Part shown: positions 36,715-45,636 of the stretch, in pieces | How positions within the stretch are numbered: the first letter of the stretch is position 1 | How the letters are laid out: the number at the start of each line of letters is the position of its first letter | Sequence record: PP216084 | DNA: 64,000 nt | DNA from: Escherichia phage vB_EcoS_HZ_ZJUN2 | Reading direction: 5' to 3' (one strand) | Notes under the pieces: generated by a model | What the model saw: only the letters and a program-made list of their open reading frames with translations | Told to the model about the DNA's origin: nothing | Databases searched by the model: none | Translations under genes and position numbers: made by a program

Positions 36715-37476
36715 GTGTTATTTATGGGAAAAGCACGTCAAAAAAGAGAGAACCGCAATGGTTCAAGAAAGCGTGGCAACAAATATGAGAATAACGTAAT
36801 TCAGGCTGATTTTTCTAATGATTACGCTAACCCAGTTGCTAAATCCCTAGTAGGTAAAAACCGCGAGCAAAAATCATATATCAATATGATCAAGAACAAC
36901 ACAGTGACTGTGGGTATCGGTGAGCCAGGTACAGGTAAAACCTTTATCCCGTCTGTTCTTGCAGCTCAGGAACTCGTAGACATTCACTCAGATATTGAGC
37001 AAGTGATCCTCGTACGTCCTAATGAACCTCTAGGTAAGTCTCTTGGTATGCTTCCTGGTGATCTAGCAGAAAAGCTAGAGCCTTGGTTGGAGCCAATAGC
37101 TGATGGTATGAAATGGGCCATCGGTGATCATGCCTATAAGGGATACGTCGAACGTCAGAAAATTAAATTTTTGGCTATAGAACATGCTCGTGGCAGAACT
37201 TTCAACAACTCCTATGTAATTGTCGATGAAGCTCAGAATATTTCCGTTGAGGCAATGGTTTGTCTCCTAACTCGTGTAGGACAAGACTGCCGCTTAATTA
37301 TCTGCGGGGATATAGCTCAGAAAGACATTAAAGGTGACTCAGGTCTAGCACTTCTTATGGAAGTTTATGAGAAATATGAAAATGCTCCATTCTCAATGAT
37401 TGAATTGATTGATAACGTTCGTTCTGTTGAGTCTAAAGCATTCTATGATATTTTTAAAGACATGGGGAAGGTGTAA
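36715..37476 (+). CDS. phoH: PhoH-like ATPase
   Basis: Walker A GEPGTGKTF, Walker B VIVDEAQN. Confidence 0.8.
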   Translation: MLFMGKARQKRENRNGSRKRGNKYENNVIQADFSNDYANPVAKSLVGKNREQKSYINMIKNNTVTVGIGEPGTGKTFIPSVLAAQELVDIHSDIEQVILVRPNEPLGKSLGMLPGDLAEKLEPWLEPIADGMKWAIGDHAYKGYVERQKIKFLAIEHARGRTFNNSYVIVDEAQNISVEAMVCLLTRVGQDCRLIICGDIAQKDIKGDSGLALLMEVYEKYENAPFSMIELIDNVRSVESKAFYDIFKDMGKV

Positions 37477-37477
37477 T

Positions 37478-37675
37478 ATGGGAGACGTTGTACATCTACA
37501 CCGAAAAACTAAAATACATCGTACTTCACTGAGTGCTGCTAATATGATTACACGTAAGGAAGGGGAAGAAAGTCCTAAGACTACCCTAGCGTGGAAAATT
37601 GTAACCTCAAATCCAAATCGGCCCTTCAGCTATAATGAACTAAGTACCTCGATAGATATTCTGCTGAGAACTTAA
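37478..37675 (+). CDS. hypothetical small protein
   Basis: ATG at 37478 immediately after the phoH stop, GGGGAAGG RBS. Confidence 0.35.
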   Translation: MGDVVHLHRKTKIHRTSLSAANMITRKEGEESPKTTLAWKIVTSNPNRPFSYNELSTSIDILLRT

Positions 37676-37819
37676 GTGGCCAAAAACTAGACTGACAACA
37701 CAGAAGGCCTGGGTATGAAAATACTCGGGCCTTTTCTATCAGAAAATTTTATTTGCCAAATGACCGAGAATAAAGTAAACTATTTCCTAAATCCTGATAA
37801 CTATAAAAAGGAAAACCAA

Positions 37820-40150
37820 ATGAGCCATCGCATTGAAAAAGTAATTAAACGTGACGGTACTGTAGAAGACTTTGCTCCTGAAAAACTCAATGGTTGGGCA
37901 GAGTATGGTTGTAAAACAGTTGATGTAAGTTGGTCAGCCATTACTATGGCTGCCCAAAAAACTCTGCCTAAAGGGGTTGTAGATTCCGACACTCTGATGG
38001 ATGCTTTAATTAAGGCCGCTGAAAGTCTTATCAAAGATAATCCAGCATACGACGTGCCAGCAAAGGAATTACGTCTTGCACAGATGCGTAAACGCCTTTA
38101 TGATTCCTTTGAACCACCTTCTCTACGCTTCTTCCATGATCATATGGTTAGTGTAGGTGCATGGGAAGACATGAGTGCATGGATTACCGATGAGCAGTTT
38201 GAGGCTTTGAATCAGGTTATTGACCATGATCGTGACCGTCTTTTCACTAGTGGAGGACTGAAACAATTCTTTGATAAGTATTCTCGCCGTAATATAGCAA
38301 CTGGCGAAATTTACGAAACCCCGCAGTTTGCCTACATGGGTATGGCAATGGCGATGTTATCTCAACCTAACTGGACAATTCTAGATGCAATCGACCTCTA
38401 CAATGCAATGTCACTCCACAAAATCAACGTTCCTACGCCGCCATTGGTTGGCTTGCGCTCTAGTGATCGTGGATTTGCTAGTTGTTGCCTCGTTGATTCC
38501 ACTGACACATTGGATTCAATCGACACAGCCGAGCACATCGTTTTTAAAATGGTCGCAGCCAGAGCGGGAATCGGGTATCATCTTGAAAGCCGATCAATTG
38601 CTGATCCGGTGCGAAATGGGGCATTCCCGCATTCCGGAAAACTGCCATATTATCGACACATTGACCGCTCAGTAAAGGCCAACACTCAGCAAACTCGTGG
38701 TGGTTCTGCTACAGTGTCTTATCCATACTTTGATCCTGAAATCATCCAGTTGATGCAGGTTAAGCAACAACGTGCTACAGACGAGAATAAAATCGATAAG
38801 ATGGATTATTCTCTGAGCTTTAACAATCTTTTGTTAAAACGTTATCTTAAAAATGAAGATATTACGCTAATGTCATATTTCTATGCTCCAGAAGTTCATG
38901 AAGCGTTTTATAGTGATGACGAGGCTAAATTTGAAGAAATCTATGTGGCAGCGGAGAAACGTGTGGCATCTCTTACAAAGATCGACCACGAAGGAAAAAC
39001 AGTTCCAGCAGCTCCTAAAGTCTCTGCAAAAGAAATCCTAGATACTTGGCTGCGTATCCGAATGGAAACAGGACGTATGTATGCCCACCACATTGGGGAA
39101 TCTAATCGTCACGGTAACTTCCTTGATCCGATCCGTATGACAAACCTTTGTGTTGAAATTACCCAGCCTACACACCCGTTCCATCACATTACAGAGCTGT
39201 ATAAGACAAAAGAGCAGCTTGACCAAATGAAGCCGGAGGATATTGGGGAAGTATCTCTATGTAACTTAGGTGGTGTTGTACTAGGACGCATGGAATCTCT
39301 GGCTGAGTGGGAAAAGACTTGCTATATTCTTCTGAAATTCGTTGATACCATCATTGAAATTCAGGATTATCCGTTCCCAACTATGGAATATACGGCTAAG
39401 AAACGTCGTAATGTTGGTATTGGCCTGATGAACGCAGCAGGTGCAATGGCGGCAGAAGGTCTGGCTTATGAAGGTATTGAAGCCCGTAACTGGATTCACC
39501 GTGAGGCTGAAAAACTGTCTTACTTCCTGCATAAAGCCTCTGTACGCCTAGCTAAAGAACAGGGTGCATGTGAGTGGTTTGATCGTACTAAACCATCTAA
39601 AGGAATTCTGGTAATCGACACGTACAAGAAAACTGTTGATGAACTGGTATCCGTAGGTCTAGAAATGGATTGGGAGTCTCTGCGCGCAGATATTCTGAAA
39701 TATGGTATGCGTAACTCTGTTCTGACTGCTCAGATGCCAGGAGAAAGTTCTTCTGTTCTGTTAGGTGTTACTAACTCTATTGAACCGCCTCGTAAGATTG
39801 TATCTATCAAGGGTAGTGCAGTAAATAAAGTAATTGCAATTGCTCCGGGTGCAACCGATTGGGAAACGTTAATGAGCTATAAACTAGCTTATGATGTAGA
39901 TCGTATCGAGTGGATCAAGTGGGTAGCAACTATGCAGAAATTCTTCAGTCAGTCTATCAGTACGAATATGTACTATGACTACACCAAGTTTGAGAATGAA
40001 ATCATTCCTGGCCCAGTAGTAGTTCGTGATTTCATGACTGCTGTTAAGTATGGGTGGAAAACTTGGTATTATGCTAACTTCAATACCGCAAATGGTGGAG
40101 GTGCTGGAGAAGAAGCAGCCGGTTGTGCATCCGGTGGTTGTACTATTTAA
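37820..40150 (+). CDS. nrdA: ribonucleoside-diphosphate reductase large subunit (class Ia)
   Basis: ATP-cone N-terminus; active-site TNLCVEI; C-terminal CASGGC; start placed at the MSHRIEK ATG (37820) behind AAAAGGAAAA. Confidence 0.85.
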   Translation: MSHRIEKVIKRDGTVEDFAPEKLNGWAEYGCKTVDVSWSAITMAAQKTLPKGVVDSDTLMDALIKAAESLIKDNPAYDVPAKELRLAQMRKRLYDSFEPPSLRFFHDHMVSVGAWEDMSAWITDEQFEALNQVIDHDRDRLFTSGGLKQFFDKYSRRNIATGEIYETPQFAYMGMAMAMLSQPNWTILDAIDLYNAMSLHKINVPTPPLVGLRSSDRGFASCCLVDSTDTLDSIDTAEHIVFKMVAARAGIGYHLESRSIADPVRNGAFPHSGKLPYYRHIDRSVKANTQQTRGGSATVSYPYFDPEIIQLMQVKQQRATDENKIDKMDYSLSFNNLLLKRYLKNEDITLMSYFYAPEVHEAFYSDDEAKFEEIYVAAEKRVASLTKIDHEGKTVPAAPKVSAKEILDTWLRIRMETGRMYAHHIGESNRHGNFLDPIRMTNLCVEITQPTHPFHHITELYKTKEQLDQMKPEDIGEVSLCNLGGVVLGRMESLAEWEKTCYILLKFVDTIIEIQDYPFPTMEYTAKKRRNVGIGLMNAAGAMAAEGLAYEGIEARNWIHREAEKLSYFLHKASVRLAKEQGACEWFDRTKPSKGILVIDTYKKTVDELVSVGLEMDWESLRADILKYGMRNSVLTAQMPGESSSVLLGVTNSIEPPRKIVSIKGSAVNKVIAIAPGATDWETLMSYKLAYDVDRIEWIKWVATMQKFFSQSISTNMYYDYTKFENEIIPGPVVVRDFMTAVKYGWKTWYYANFNTANGGGAGEEAAGCASGGCTI

Positions 40151-40158
40151 TAAAAACA

Positions 40159-40185
40159 AGGAGATCTTCGGGTCTCCTTTTTCTT
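40159..40185 (+). terminator. intrinsic terminator after nrdA
   Basis: Stem AGGAGA/TCTCCT, 8-nt loop, T5 run. Confidence 0.7.
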
Positions 40186-40196
40186 TGAAATTTTAC

Positions 40197-40225
40197 TTGC
40201 TAATCGCTACCAGATTTGCTATAAT
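40197..40225 (+). promoter_or_regulatory. T5-type promoter for the HNH gene inserted between nrdA and nrdB
   Basis: TTGCTA - 17 bp - TATAAT. Confidence 0.65.
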
Positions 40226-40249
40226 ATCTCTATATTAAGGAGATATACT

Positions 40250-40768
40250 GTGAAACCTAAACTAACAAAAGAATTTCTAGAGAAATATCTAGAACTTAGA
40301 GAAGATACTCTCTATTGGAAGCCAAGAGAGACTAATAAAGGTGGATTTAACACTAGATTTGCGGGAAAACCTGTAGGGGCCGTCAATGGAAATGGCTACC
40401 TATGCTTCCGACTTAATGTGGAAGGTTATAGATGGGAATTAAGAAATCATGTAGTAATCTACTGTCTCTATTATGGGTATTACCCAACTAAGACAGTAGA
40501 CCACAAAGATACAAATAAACTTAATAACCATCCTTTAAATCTACGAGAATCAACCGATGCTGGTAATGCTCAAAATAGGGGAGCCGGTAAGAATAATACC
40601 CATGGACATAAAAACCTAGAGCCTCTTAGTTCAGGAAACTGGAGGGTTAGGATAACACACAACGGTACTGTTTACAGATCTTCCGCAATGCCTCTAGAAA
40701 AAGCTCTAGAACATAGAGATATTAAACTTAAAGAATTTCATGGCGAATATGCTAACAATGGAGAATAA
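40250..40768 (+). CDS. HNH homing endonuclease with AP2-like domain
   Basis: GTG start; VDHKDTNKLNNHPLNLR HNH motif; C-terminal AP2-like WRVRI…ALEHRD segment. Confidence 0.7.
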   Translation: MKPKLTKEFLEKYLELREDTLYWKPRETNKGGFNTRFAGKPVGAVNGNGYLCFRLNVEGYRWELRNHVVIYCLYYGYYPTKTVDHKDTNKLNNHPLNLRESTDAGNAQNRGAGKNNTHGHKNLEPLSSGNWRVRITHNGTVYRSSAMPLEKALEHRDIKLKEFHGEYANNGE

Positions 40769-40771
40769 TTA

Positions 40772-41917
40772 ATGACTACTTTACTAAACCTGAACTGGGA
40801 TCCTGCTACTAAAGATTTATTTTTAGGTGATTCTCTAGGAATCGCGGACTATGTTCGTGTAGCTCATCCAGAACTAGAACGACTAGCTCTATTAGCTCGT
40901 TCTCAGTTTTGGACTGAGACTGAGATCAGTCTAGAAAGTGACAAAAAGCAATGGCCTAATCTTCCAAGAGAAATACAAGAAATTACTCTGCTGAACTTAG
41001 CTTGGCAGACTCAGTGTGATTCCTTTATCAGTCGTGCTCCTGAAGCAGCTATTATGCCGCTTGTAAGTCGTCCAGAATTGGAAGGTATGCTCAAACAGTG
41101 GAGCTACTTCGAAGATCTGCATAGTCGTGCTTATAGCAATATTATTCGTAATGTGCTAACTGATCCAGCAGAATTTATTGATTCTGTAACCAAAAACCAA
41201 GAAGCATTCGCACGCATCGCTGATTCTGTTGAACTATTCGATGAACTGTACCAGTTAGGTCAGTATTTCATCGCAGTACGCGATCATCGTGGCGACAATA
41301 CATATCCAGAAACTGAGTTCCCTGAAGTTAAACGTGAAACTCAGGCTAAACTATTAGACGCTTACTTTGCGATCTATGGTCTGGAAGCAATGCAGTTTTA
41401 CGCATCCTTTGCATGTACCTTTGCATTAGCAGAGAACGATATTCTGCAAGGTATTGCTAAAAACCTACAATTAATCGCTAAAGATGAAGCTCTACACACT
41501 CAGATGTCTAAAGCAATCATCCAGATTATGTTCCAGCAGTTTGACAAAGACCTGGTAGATGAAGCATTGGCTAAAGCACCAGCACAGCTTCTGAAAACTC
41601 TGAAAACTGAAATTGAATGGGGTCACTTCATTTTCAAAGGTCGTAGTCTGATTGGCTTGAATGCAGAACTTCTAGAAGAATATCTGTACTTTGTGGGGCG
41701 TAATGCATTTATGCACATCGGTGTAGAATGGCCTAGTCATTTACCAGTAATCACTAAGAACCCCATTCCGTGGATCATGAACTGGTTGGATACTACTTCT
41801 CTACAGCCTGCTCCGCAAGAAATCCAGATTGGTGCAGCCTACCGTGTAGGTCAGGTCACAGAAACGTCTACTGATACTCTGAAAGATCTGGGCAATGAAT
41901 TTGGAGATTTCCTATGA
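40772..41917 (+). CDS. nrdB: ribonucleoside-diphosphate reductase small subunit (class Ia)
   Basis: 381 aa; ferritin-like di-iron fold with EALH motif; adjacent to nrdA. Confidence 0.85.
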   Translation: MTTLLNLNWDPATKDLFLGDSLGIADYVRVAHPELERLALLARSQFWTETEISLESDKKQWPNLPREIQEITLLNLAWQTQCDSFISRAPEAAIMPLVSRPELEGMLKQWSYFEDLHSRAYSNIIRNVLTDPAEFIDSVTKNQEAFARIADSVELFDELYQLGQYFIAVRDHRGDNTYPETEFPEVKRETQAKLLDAYFAIYGLEAMQFYASFACTFALAENDILQGIAKNLQLIAKDEALHTQMSKAIIQIMFQQFDKDLVDEALAKAPAQLLKTLKTEIEWGHFIFKGRSLIGLNAELLEEYLYFVGRNAFMHIGVEWPSHLPVITKNPIPWIMNWLDTTSLQPAPQEIQIGAAYRVGQVTETSTDTLKDLGNEFGDFL

Positions 41918-42444
41918 TTACAGCAATGTATGCAGTTGGGCCGAATGGAGAGTTCGGCCTCCGAGGTAAACTTCCCTGGGGTTCCTTCAAAGAAGAGTTA
42001 GATGCTTTCTATTCTCAACTGGACGTGTTGAATCCAGATAACATCATCATTGGTGCGGGTACTTATTTAGCACTTCCAGAAGTTGTTAGGCAACGTATGA
42101 TTGGAGAGGCTGATCTATTTATTCGTGCTGACCGACCTCTGGCTGATAGCATCAAAGAAACTTACACTGCCATATCAAGGATAGGTGATACACTACCTAC
42201 TTTCCTAAAAGATCAGCAAACAGTAGTTCTAGGCGGAGCTAATCTTCTCCTAGAAATGTATCAGCATGGGCATATAGAAAGTGCTTTTGTATCTACAATC
42301 TTTAGTGAGCAGAAGCTAGAGGCAGATACATACCTAGATAGTATGATACTGGATTATAACTATGAATCCACTCGATTAGTCTATGCAGTTGGCGCAAACA
42401 GTGATAACAGCCTGCGATTTGTACAGGAATTGGTTACTTATTAA
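41914..42444 (+). CDS. frd: dihydrofolate reductase
   Basis: N-terminal MITAMYAVGPNGEFGLRGKLPW DHFR signature; immediately precedes thymidylate synthase. Confidence 0.8.
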   Translation: MITAMYAVGPNGEFGLRGKLPWGSFKEELDAFYSQLDVLNPDNIIIGAGTYLALPEVVRQRMIGEADLFIRADRPLADSIKETYTAISRIGDTLPTFLKDQQTVVLGGANLLLEMYQHGHIESAFVSTIFSEQKLEADTYLDSMILDYNYESTRLVYAVGANSDNSLRFVQELVTY

Positions 42445-43283
42445 TGCAACAATATTTAAAAATTTTGACAGATGTAATTTTACTAGGTGAACCCCGTAAT
42501 GACCGTACAGGAACAGGCACAGTTTCAATTTTTAATTCCTATGCTAAGTTCGATCTACGTGAGGGATTCCCTGCCGTAACCACTAAACGTCTAGCTTGGA
42601 AATCGGTAGTTGGAGAACTCTTATGGTTCTTGTCTGGTTCCACAAATCTCCATGATCTACGTGTATTCACATTTGGGCGTGACGAAGGACAGTGGACTAT
42701 CTGGACCCCAAATTATGAAGACCAAGCTATAAGCATGGGTTATGACAATGGTAATCTAGGACCAGTATATGGTAAACAGTGGCGCAACTTTGGCGGACGA
42801 GATCAGATTCTAGAGCTTATTGAAGGACTCAAGAATAATCCTCATGGCCGCAGACATCTAGTTTCTGCATGGAACGTAGCTGAACTTGATAAAATGGCAT
42901 TACCACCCTGTCACTACGGCTTCCAGTGTTATGTAAGTAACGATGGATACCTAGATCTTAAATGGACACAACGCTCTGTGGATTGTTTCCTCGGTTTACC
43001 TTTCAATATTGCTAGTTATGCTTTATTAACGCATATATTAGCAAAACTGACAGGATTAAAACCTCGTTATCTTATCTTTAGTGGCGGTGATACTCATATC
43101 TATAATGACCACATGGAGCAGGTAGAAGAACAGGTAAAACGCAAGCCACGCCCTCTGCCAACTCTAGTAATGCCAGAGTTTGTAGATCTTTACGATTTAT
43201 TAGAAAATAATACGGCAGCTTGGTCCTTCCAGCTTGAAGGATATGATCCGCATCCGGCTCTTAAAGCTAAAATGTCCTCTTAA
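42444..43283 (+). CDS. thyA: thymidylate synthase
   Basis: 279 aa; active-site PPCHYGFQCYV; uninterrupted (no intron). Confidence 0.85.
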   Translation: MQQYLKILTDVILLGEPRNDRTGTGTVSIFNSYAKFDLREGFPAVTTKRLAWKSVVGELLWFLSGSTNLHDLRVFTFGRDEGQWTIWTPNYEDQAISMGYDNGNLGPVYGKQWRNFGGRDQILELIEGLKNNPHGRRHLVSAWNVAELDKMALPPCHYGFQCYVSNDGYLDLKWTQRSVDCFLGLPFNIASYALLTHILAKLTGLKPRYLIFSGGDTHIYNDHMEQVEEQVKRKPRPLPTLVMPEFVDLYDLLENNTAAWSFQLEGYDPHPALKAKMSS

Positions 43284-43287
43284 CTTA

Positions 43288-43315
43288 AATAGCCCTTCGG
43301 GGCTATTATATTTAA
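43288..43315 (+). terminator. intrinsic terminator after thyA
   Basis: Stem AATAGCCC/GGGCTATT with TTCG loop, T-rich tail. Confidence 0.65.
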
Positions 43316-43322
43316 ATTTCAT

Positions 43323-43351
43323 TTGCTTACTGAGTGAAATTTAGATATAAT
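43323..43351 (+). promoter_or_regulatory. T5-type promoter
   Basis: TTGCTT - 17 bp - TATAAT followed by ATATTTTATAAATCGGAGA. Confidence 0.65.
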
Positions 43352-43375
43352 ATATTTTATAAATCGGAGACAACT

Positions 43376-43630
43376 ATGGGACTCTTTAAAAAGAAAGTTT
43401 ATTTAACACAAAGTCAAGAACGTAGGTTCTTAGCTCTGTCTCAGTATTATCACTTACCTTTCGATCATTTCGTAGAACGGGCGTTAGAACAATTCCTAGA
43501 AAAGGAATTAAAGGCAATTAGACCTGAACCGCCAAGAGTACCAAATGATGCACAGAGAGGTCATCCATGTATTCCTCCTATGCCGCCAATTCCTCCAGCG
43601 ACTAGGGTAATTATAGAAGGCGAAAACTAA
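43376..43630 (+). CDS. hypothetical protein (Pro-rich C-terminus)
   Basis: ATG at 43376 with GGAGA RBS. Confidence 0.45.
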   Translation: MGLFKKKVYLTQSQERRFLALSQYYHLPFDHFVERALEQFLEKELKAIRPEPPRVPNDAQRGHPCIPPMPPIPPATRVIIEGEN

Positions 43631-43899
43631 TGTCTATTCTTTTATCTGCTTTAGAAGCAAAACAAAATACTATTGCTGTTATTAGACAGGAAGTAATTAA
43701 TCTAGAGTCACTTATTGCCGCAGAGATTGATAAAGCAATCAAAGAAAAAGAATTTAACTGCCATATTCAGGGATTAACTGAATATTCAGAAAACGCCAGA
43801 AACAGCGTTATGCAACGACTCACTAAACTAGGCTATGTCGTAGAAGCTAAGTATGAGCAGCGTGAAGGCTATTGGGTAACTATTGATTGGAGCAAATAA
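43630..43899 (+). CDS. hypothetical protein
   Basis: 89-aa ORF, stop overlaps the rnh start. Confidence 0.45.
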   Translation: MSILLSALEAKQNTIAVIRQEVINLESLIAAEIDKAIKEKEFNCHIQGLTEYSENARNSVMQRLTKLGYVVEAKYEQREGYWVTIDWSK

Positions 43900-44375
43900 T
43901 GTCGGTTTTCCACATTTACACAGATGGTGCTTGTAAGTCTAATCCAGGTCCCGGTGCTTGGGGTTTTATTGTCTATGATGATAACGACGATCGTTTAGGT
44001 TCTAAATCTGGTTATAATCCTAAAACTACAAATAATGAGATGGAACTCACGGCTATTGTAGAGGCTCTACGTTGGTCAGTTAAAAAAGATAATAGACCAA
44101 TTGTTATCTATACTGATTCTGCTTATTGCAAAAATGGTATGGAAAGCTGGATGTTCTCTTGGCAAAGGAAAGGCTGGAAGAAAGCAGATGGTGAAGTTCC
44201 TCTTAATTTAGAACTTTGGCAGGAAGCATTTAAATTAACACAGCAGTATATCAACTTCCACAATACTAATCCTACCTTTATTAAGGTAAAAGGGCACTCA
44301 GGAATTAGTGGTAATGAAGCTGTAGATGCATTATGTAACACAGTTATTACTGAGCAAGAACTTGCCGAGATGTGA
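43899..44375 (+). CDS. rnh: ribonuclease H (RNase HI-like)
   Basis: YTDGACKSNPGPGAWG, NNEMELTAI, IYTDSAY, KGHSGISGNEAVDALC; start placed at the ATG overlapping the upstream stop. Confidence 0.8.
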   Translation: MSVFHIYTDGACKSNPGPGAWGFIVYDDNDDRLGSKSGYNPKTTNNEMELTAIVEALRWSVKKDNRPIVIYTDSAYCKNGMESWMFSWQRKGWKKADGEVPLNLELWQEAFKLTQQYINFHNTNPTFIKVKGHSGISGNEAVDALCNTVITEQELAEM

Positions 44376-44396
44376 TAAATAAATTAAAAAATTTTC

Positions 44397-44425
44397 TTGC
44401 TTAAAGCCCTCTAATTTAGTATAAT
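44397..44425 (+). promoter_or_regulatory. T5-type promoter bracketed by a 9-bp inverted repeat
   Basis: TTGCTT - 17 bp - TATAAT; AAAGCCCTC (44403-44411) and GAGGGCTTT (44444-44452) flank the -10 and RBS. Confidence 0.6.
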
Positions 44426-44452
44426 ATTCGTATTGAAAGTGAGGAGGGCTTT

Positions 44453-44731
44453 ATGCGGATTTATAACTCAAATTCACTAGGATTTAAACCATTGAGAAAA
44501 CGTGCACAATCACCTCGTCAAATAAGAAAGGCTAATATTGGTGAACCAGAAACACGTCTTCCACCCCCTCCAGAACAACGTTTAGTTTATCTGGATGAAG
44601 AATTAGCTGAACGCGAAAGAAAAGCTCAAGAAGAGATTGAGCGTAAGAAAATGTGTACTGCTCCAGCGTATAATAAAGGAGCGTATCAATATGTTTCCGA
44701 TGCAGAACAAGCCAAGATGGTTGGTAGATAA
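44453..44731 (+). CDS. hypothetical protein
   Basis: 92-aa ORF with GAGGAGGG RBS. Confidence 0.5.
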   Translation: MRIYNSNSLGFKPLRKRAQSPRQIRKANIGEPETRLPPPPEQRLVYLDEELAERERKAQEEIERKKMCTAPAYNKGAYQYVSDAEQAKMVGR

Positions 44732-44747
44732 TTTTTAAAAAATTCAG

Positions 44748-44776
44748 TTGCTAAACGCTTCAAATTCTCGTATAAT
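44748..44776 (+). promoter_or_regulatory. T5-type promoter
   Basis: TTGCTA - 17 bp - TATAAT followed by ATACTTCATAAATTGATAAAC. Confidence 0.65.
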
Positions 44777-44814
44777 ATACTTCATAAATTGATAAACAAA
44801 AAGGAAAACAAATA

Positions 44815-45330
44815 ATGGCTAAGCAAAAAAACGCAAAAACTCAAGCAGCTACTACAGTTAAAACTTTCCCGCAGACTGAGGCTAACCGCAAAGCTCGTCT
44901 GGAACGCCACCTGCGCAAGCATCCTACTGATGCTCAAGCTGCACAGGCACTGAATCGTCCGGCTCCGATTCGTCAAAAGCCGAAGGCTAAGAATGCTACT
45001 CGTTCTGTAACCCGCCTTGTGACCTATGTACAGGGTTATGGCCACAAATCTGTTCCAGTAACACTGAGTTTCAATGCTGGAGCTGAATTGTTCTCTCGTA
45101 ATGGCATGGCCATGAAAGATTATGAGAAAGCAGTTAACCAGAAACGCAAGCCAACGGCAGATCTGCTTCGTGACACTCGTGGACAGTTTGGCTCTGTTAA
45201 GCCAAATATCTTTGGCGTAGAGTATAGTAAAGATAGTGTTCGTGCTCTGTGTTACGGTGTAGGCATTAAGTTCACTGGTGATTCTGCTCGTAAATCTGCT
45301 AAACCAGCTCGTAAACGTAAAGCGAAGTAA
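44815..45330 (+). CDS. highly basic hypothetical protein (possible nucleic-acid-binding protein)
   Basis: 171 aa, Lys/Arg-rich termini. Confidence 0.5.
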   Translation: MAKQKNAKTQAATTVKTFPQTEANRKARLERHLRKHPTDAQAAQALNRPAPIRQKPKAKNATRSVTRLVTYVQGYGHKSVPVTLSFNAGAELFSRNGMAMKDYEKAVNQKRKPTADLLRDTRGQFGSVKPNIFGVEYSKDSVRALCYGVGIKFTGDSARKSAKPARKRKAK

Positions 45331-45371
45331 TAGATAGGAGGGGCTTTCGCCCCTCATAGTTTGGAGAAACT

Positions 45372-45608
45372 ATGCGTAATTTTGTAGTAAAGAATGATTT
45401 TAACCGTGCTAGCACCCATAAGTCCGCTAGAGATTATACAAGACTTTCTAGTCATGAGGTAATGGACACCTGTTATGAAGAGCTGGAAGGTAGCTGGAAT
45501 GAATGGCCCAACTTCTCTATGGAAGAAAACTGGGATGTCAGTGAGGATATGCTTCCTGGTTTTAAAGACCCCAAGAAGTGGGAGTCTATTAAAGAGACAG
45601 CTCTTTAA
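45372..45608 (+). CDS. hypothetical acidic protein
   Basis: 78-aa ORF. Confidence 0.45.
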   Translation: MRNFVVKNDFNRASTHKSARDYTRLSSHEVMDTCYEELEGSWNEWPNFSMEENWDVSEDMLPGFKDPKKWESIKETAL

Positions 45609-45636
45609 TAGTTTTCTACACAATAAAGGATAAGTT

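Noticed and set aside
37715-37819. 35-codon N-terminal extension of nrdA proposed by the ORF track
   Set aside because: No RBS at 37715; the ATG at 37820 has AAAAGGAAAA upstream and begins the ATP-cone domain
42444-43283. Possibility of a group I intron in thyA, nrdB or nrdD as in T4
   Set aside because: All three genes are single uninterrupted ORFs of normal length with motifs in order
44782-45357. 191-aa minus-strand ORF overlapping the basic-protein gene 44815-45330
   Set aside because: The plus-strand ORF has promoter, RBS and operon context; the antisense translation is Ser/Leu/Phe-rich shadow sequence
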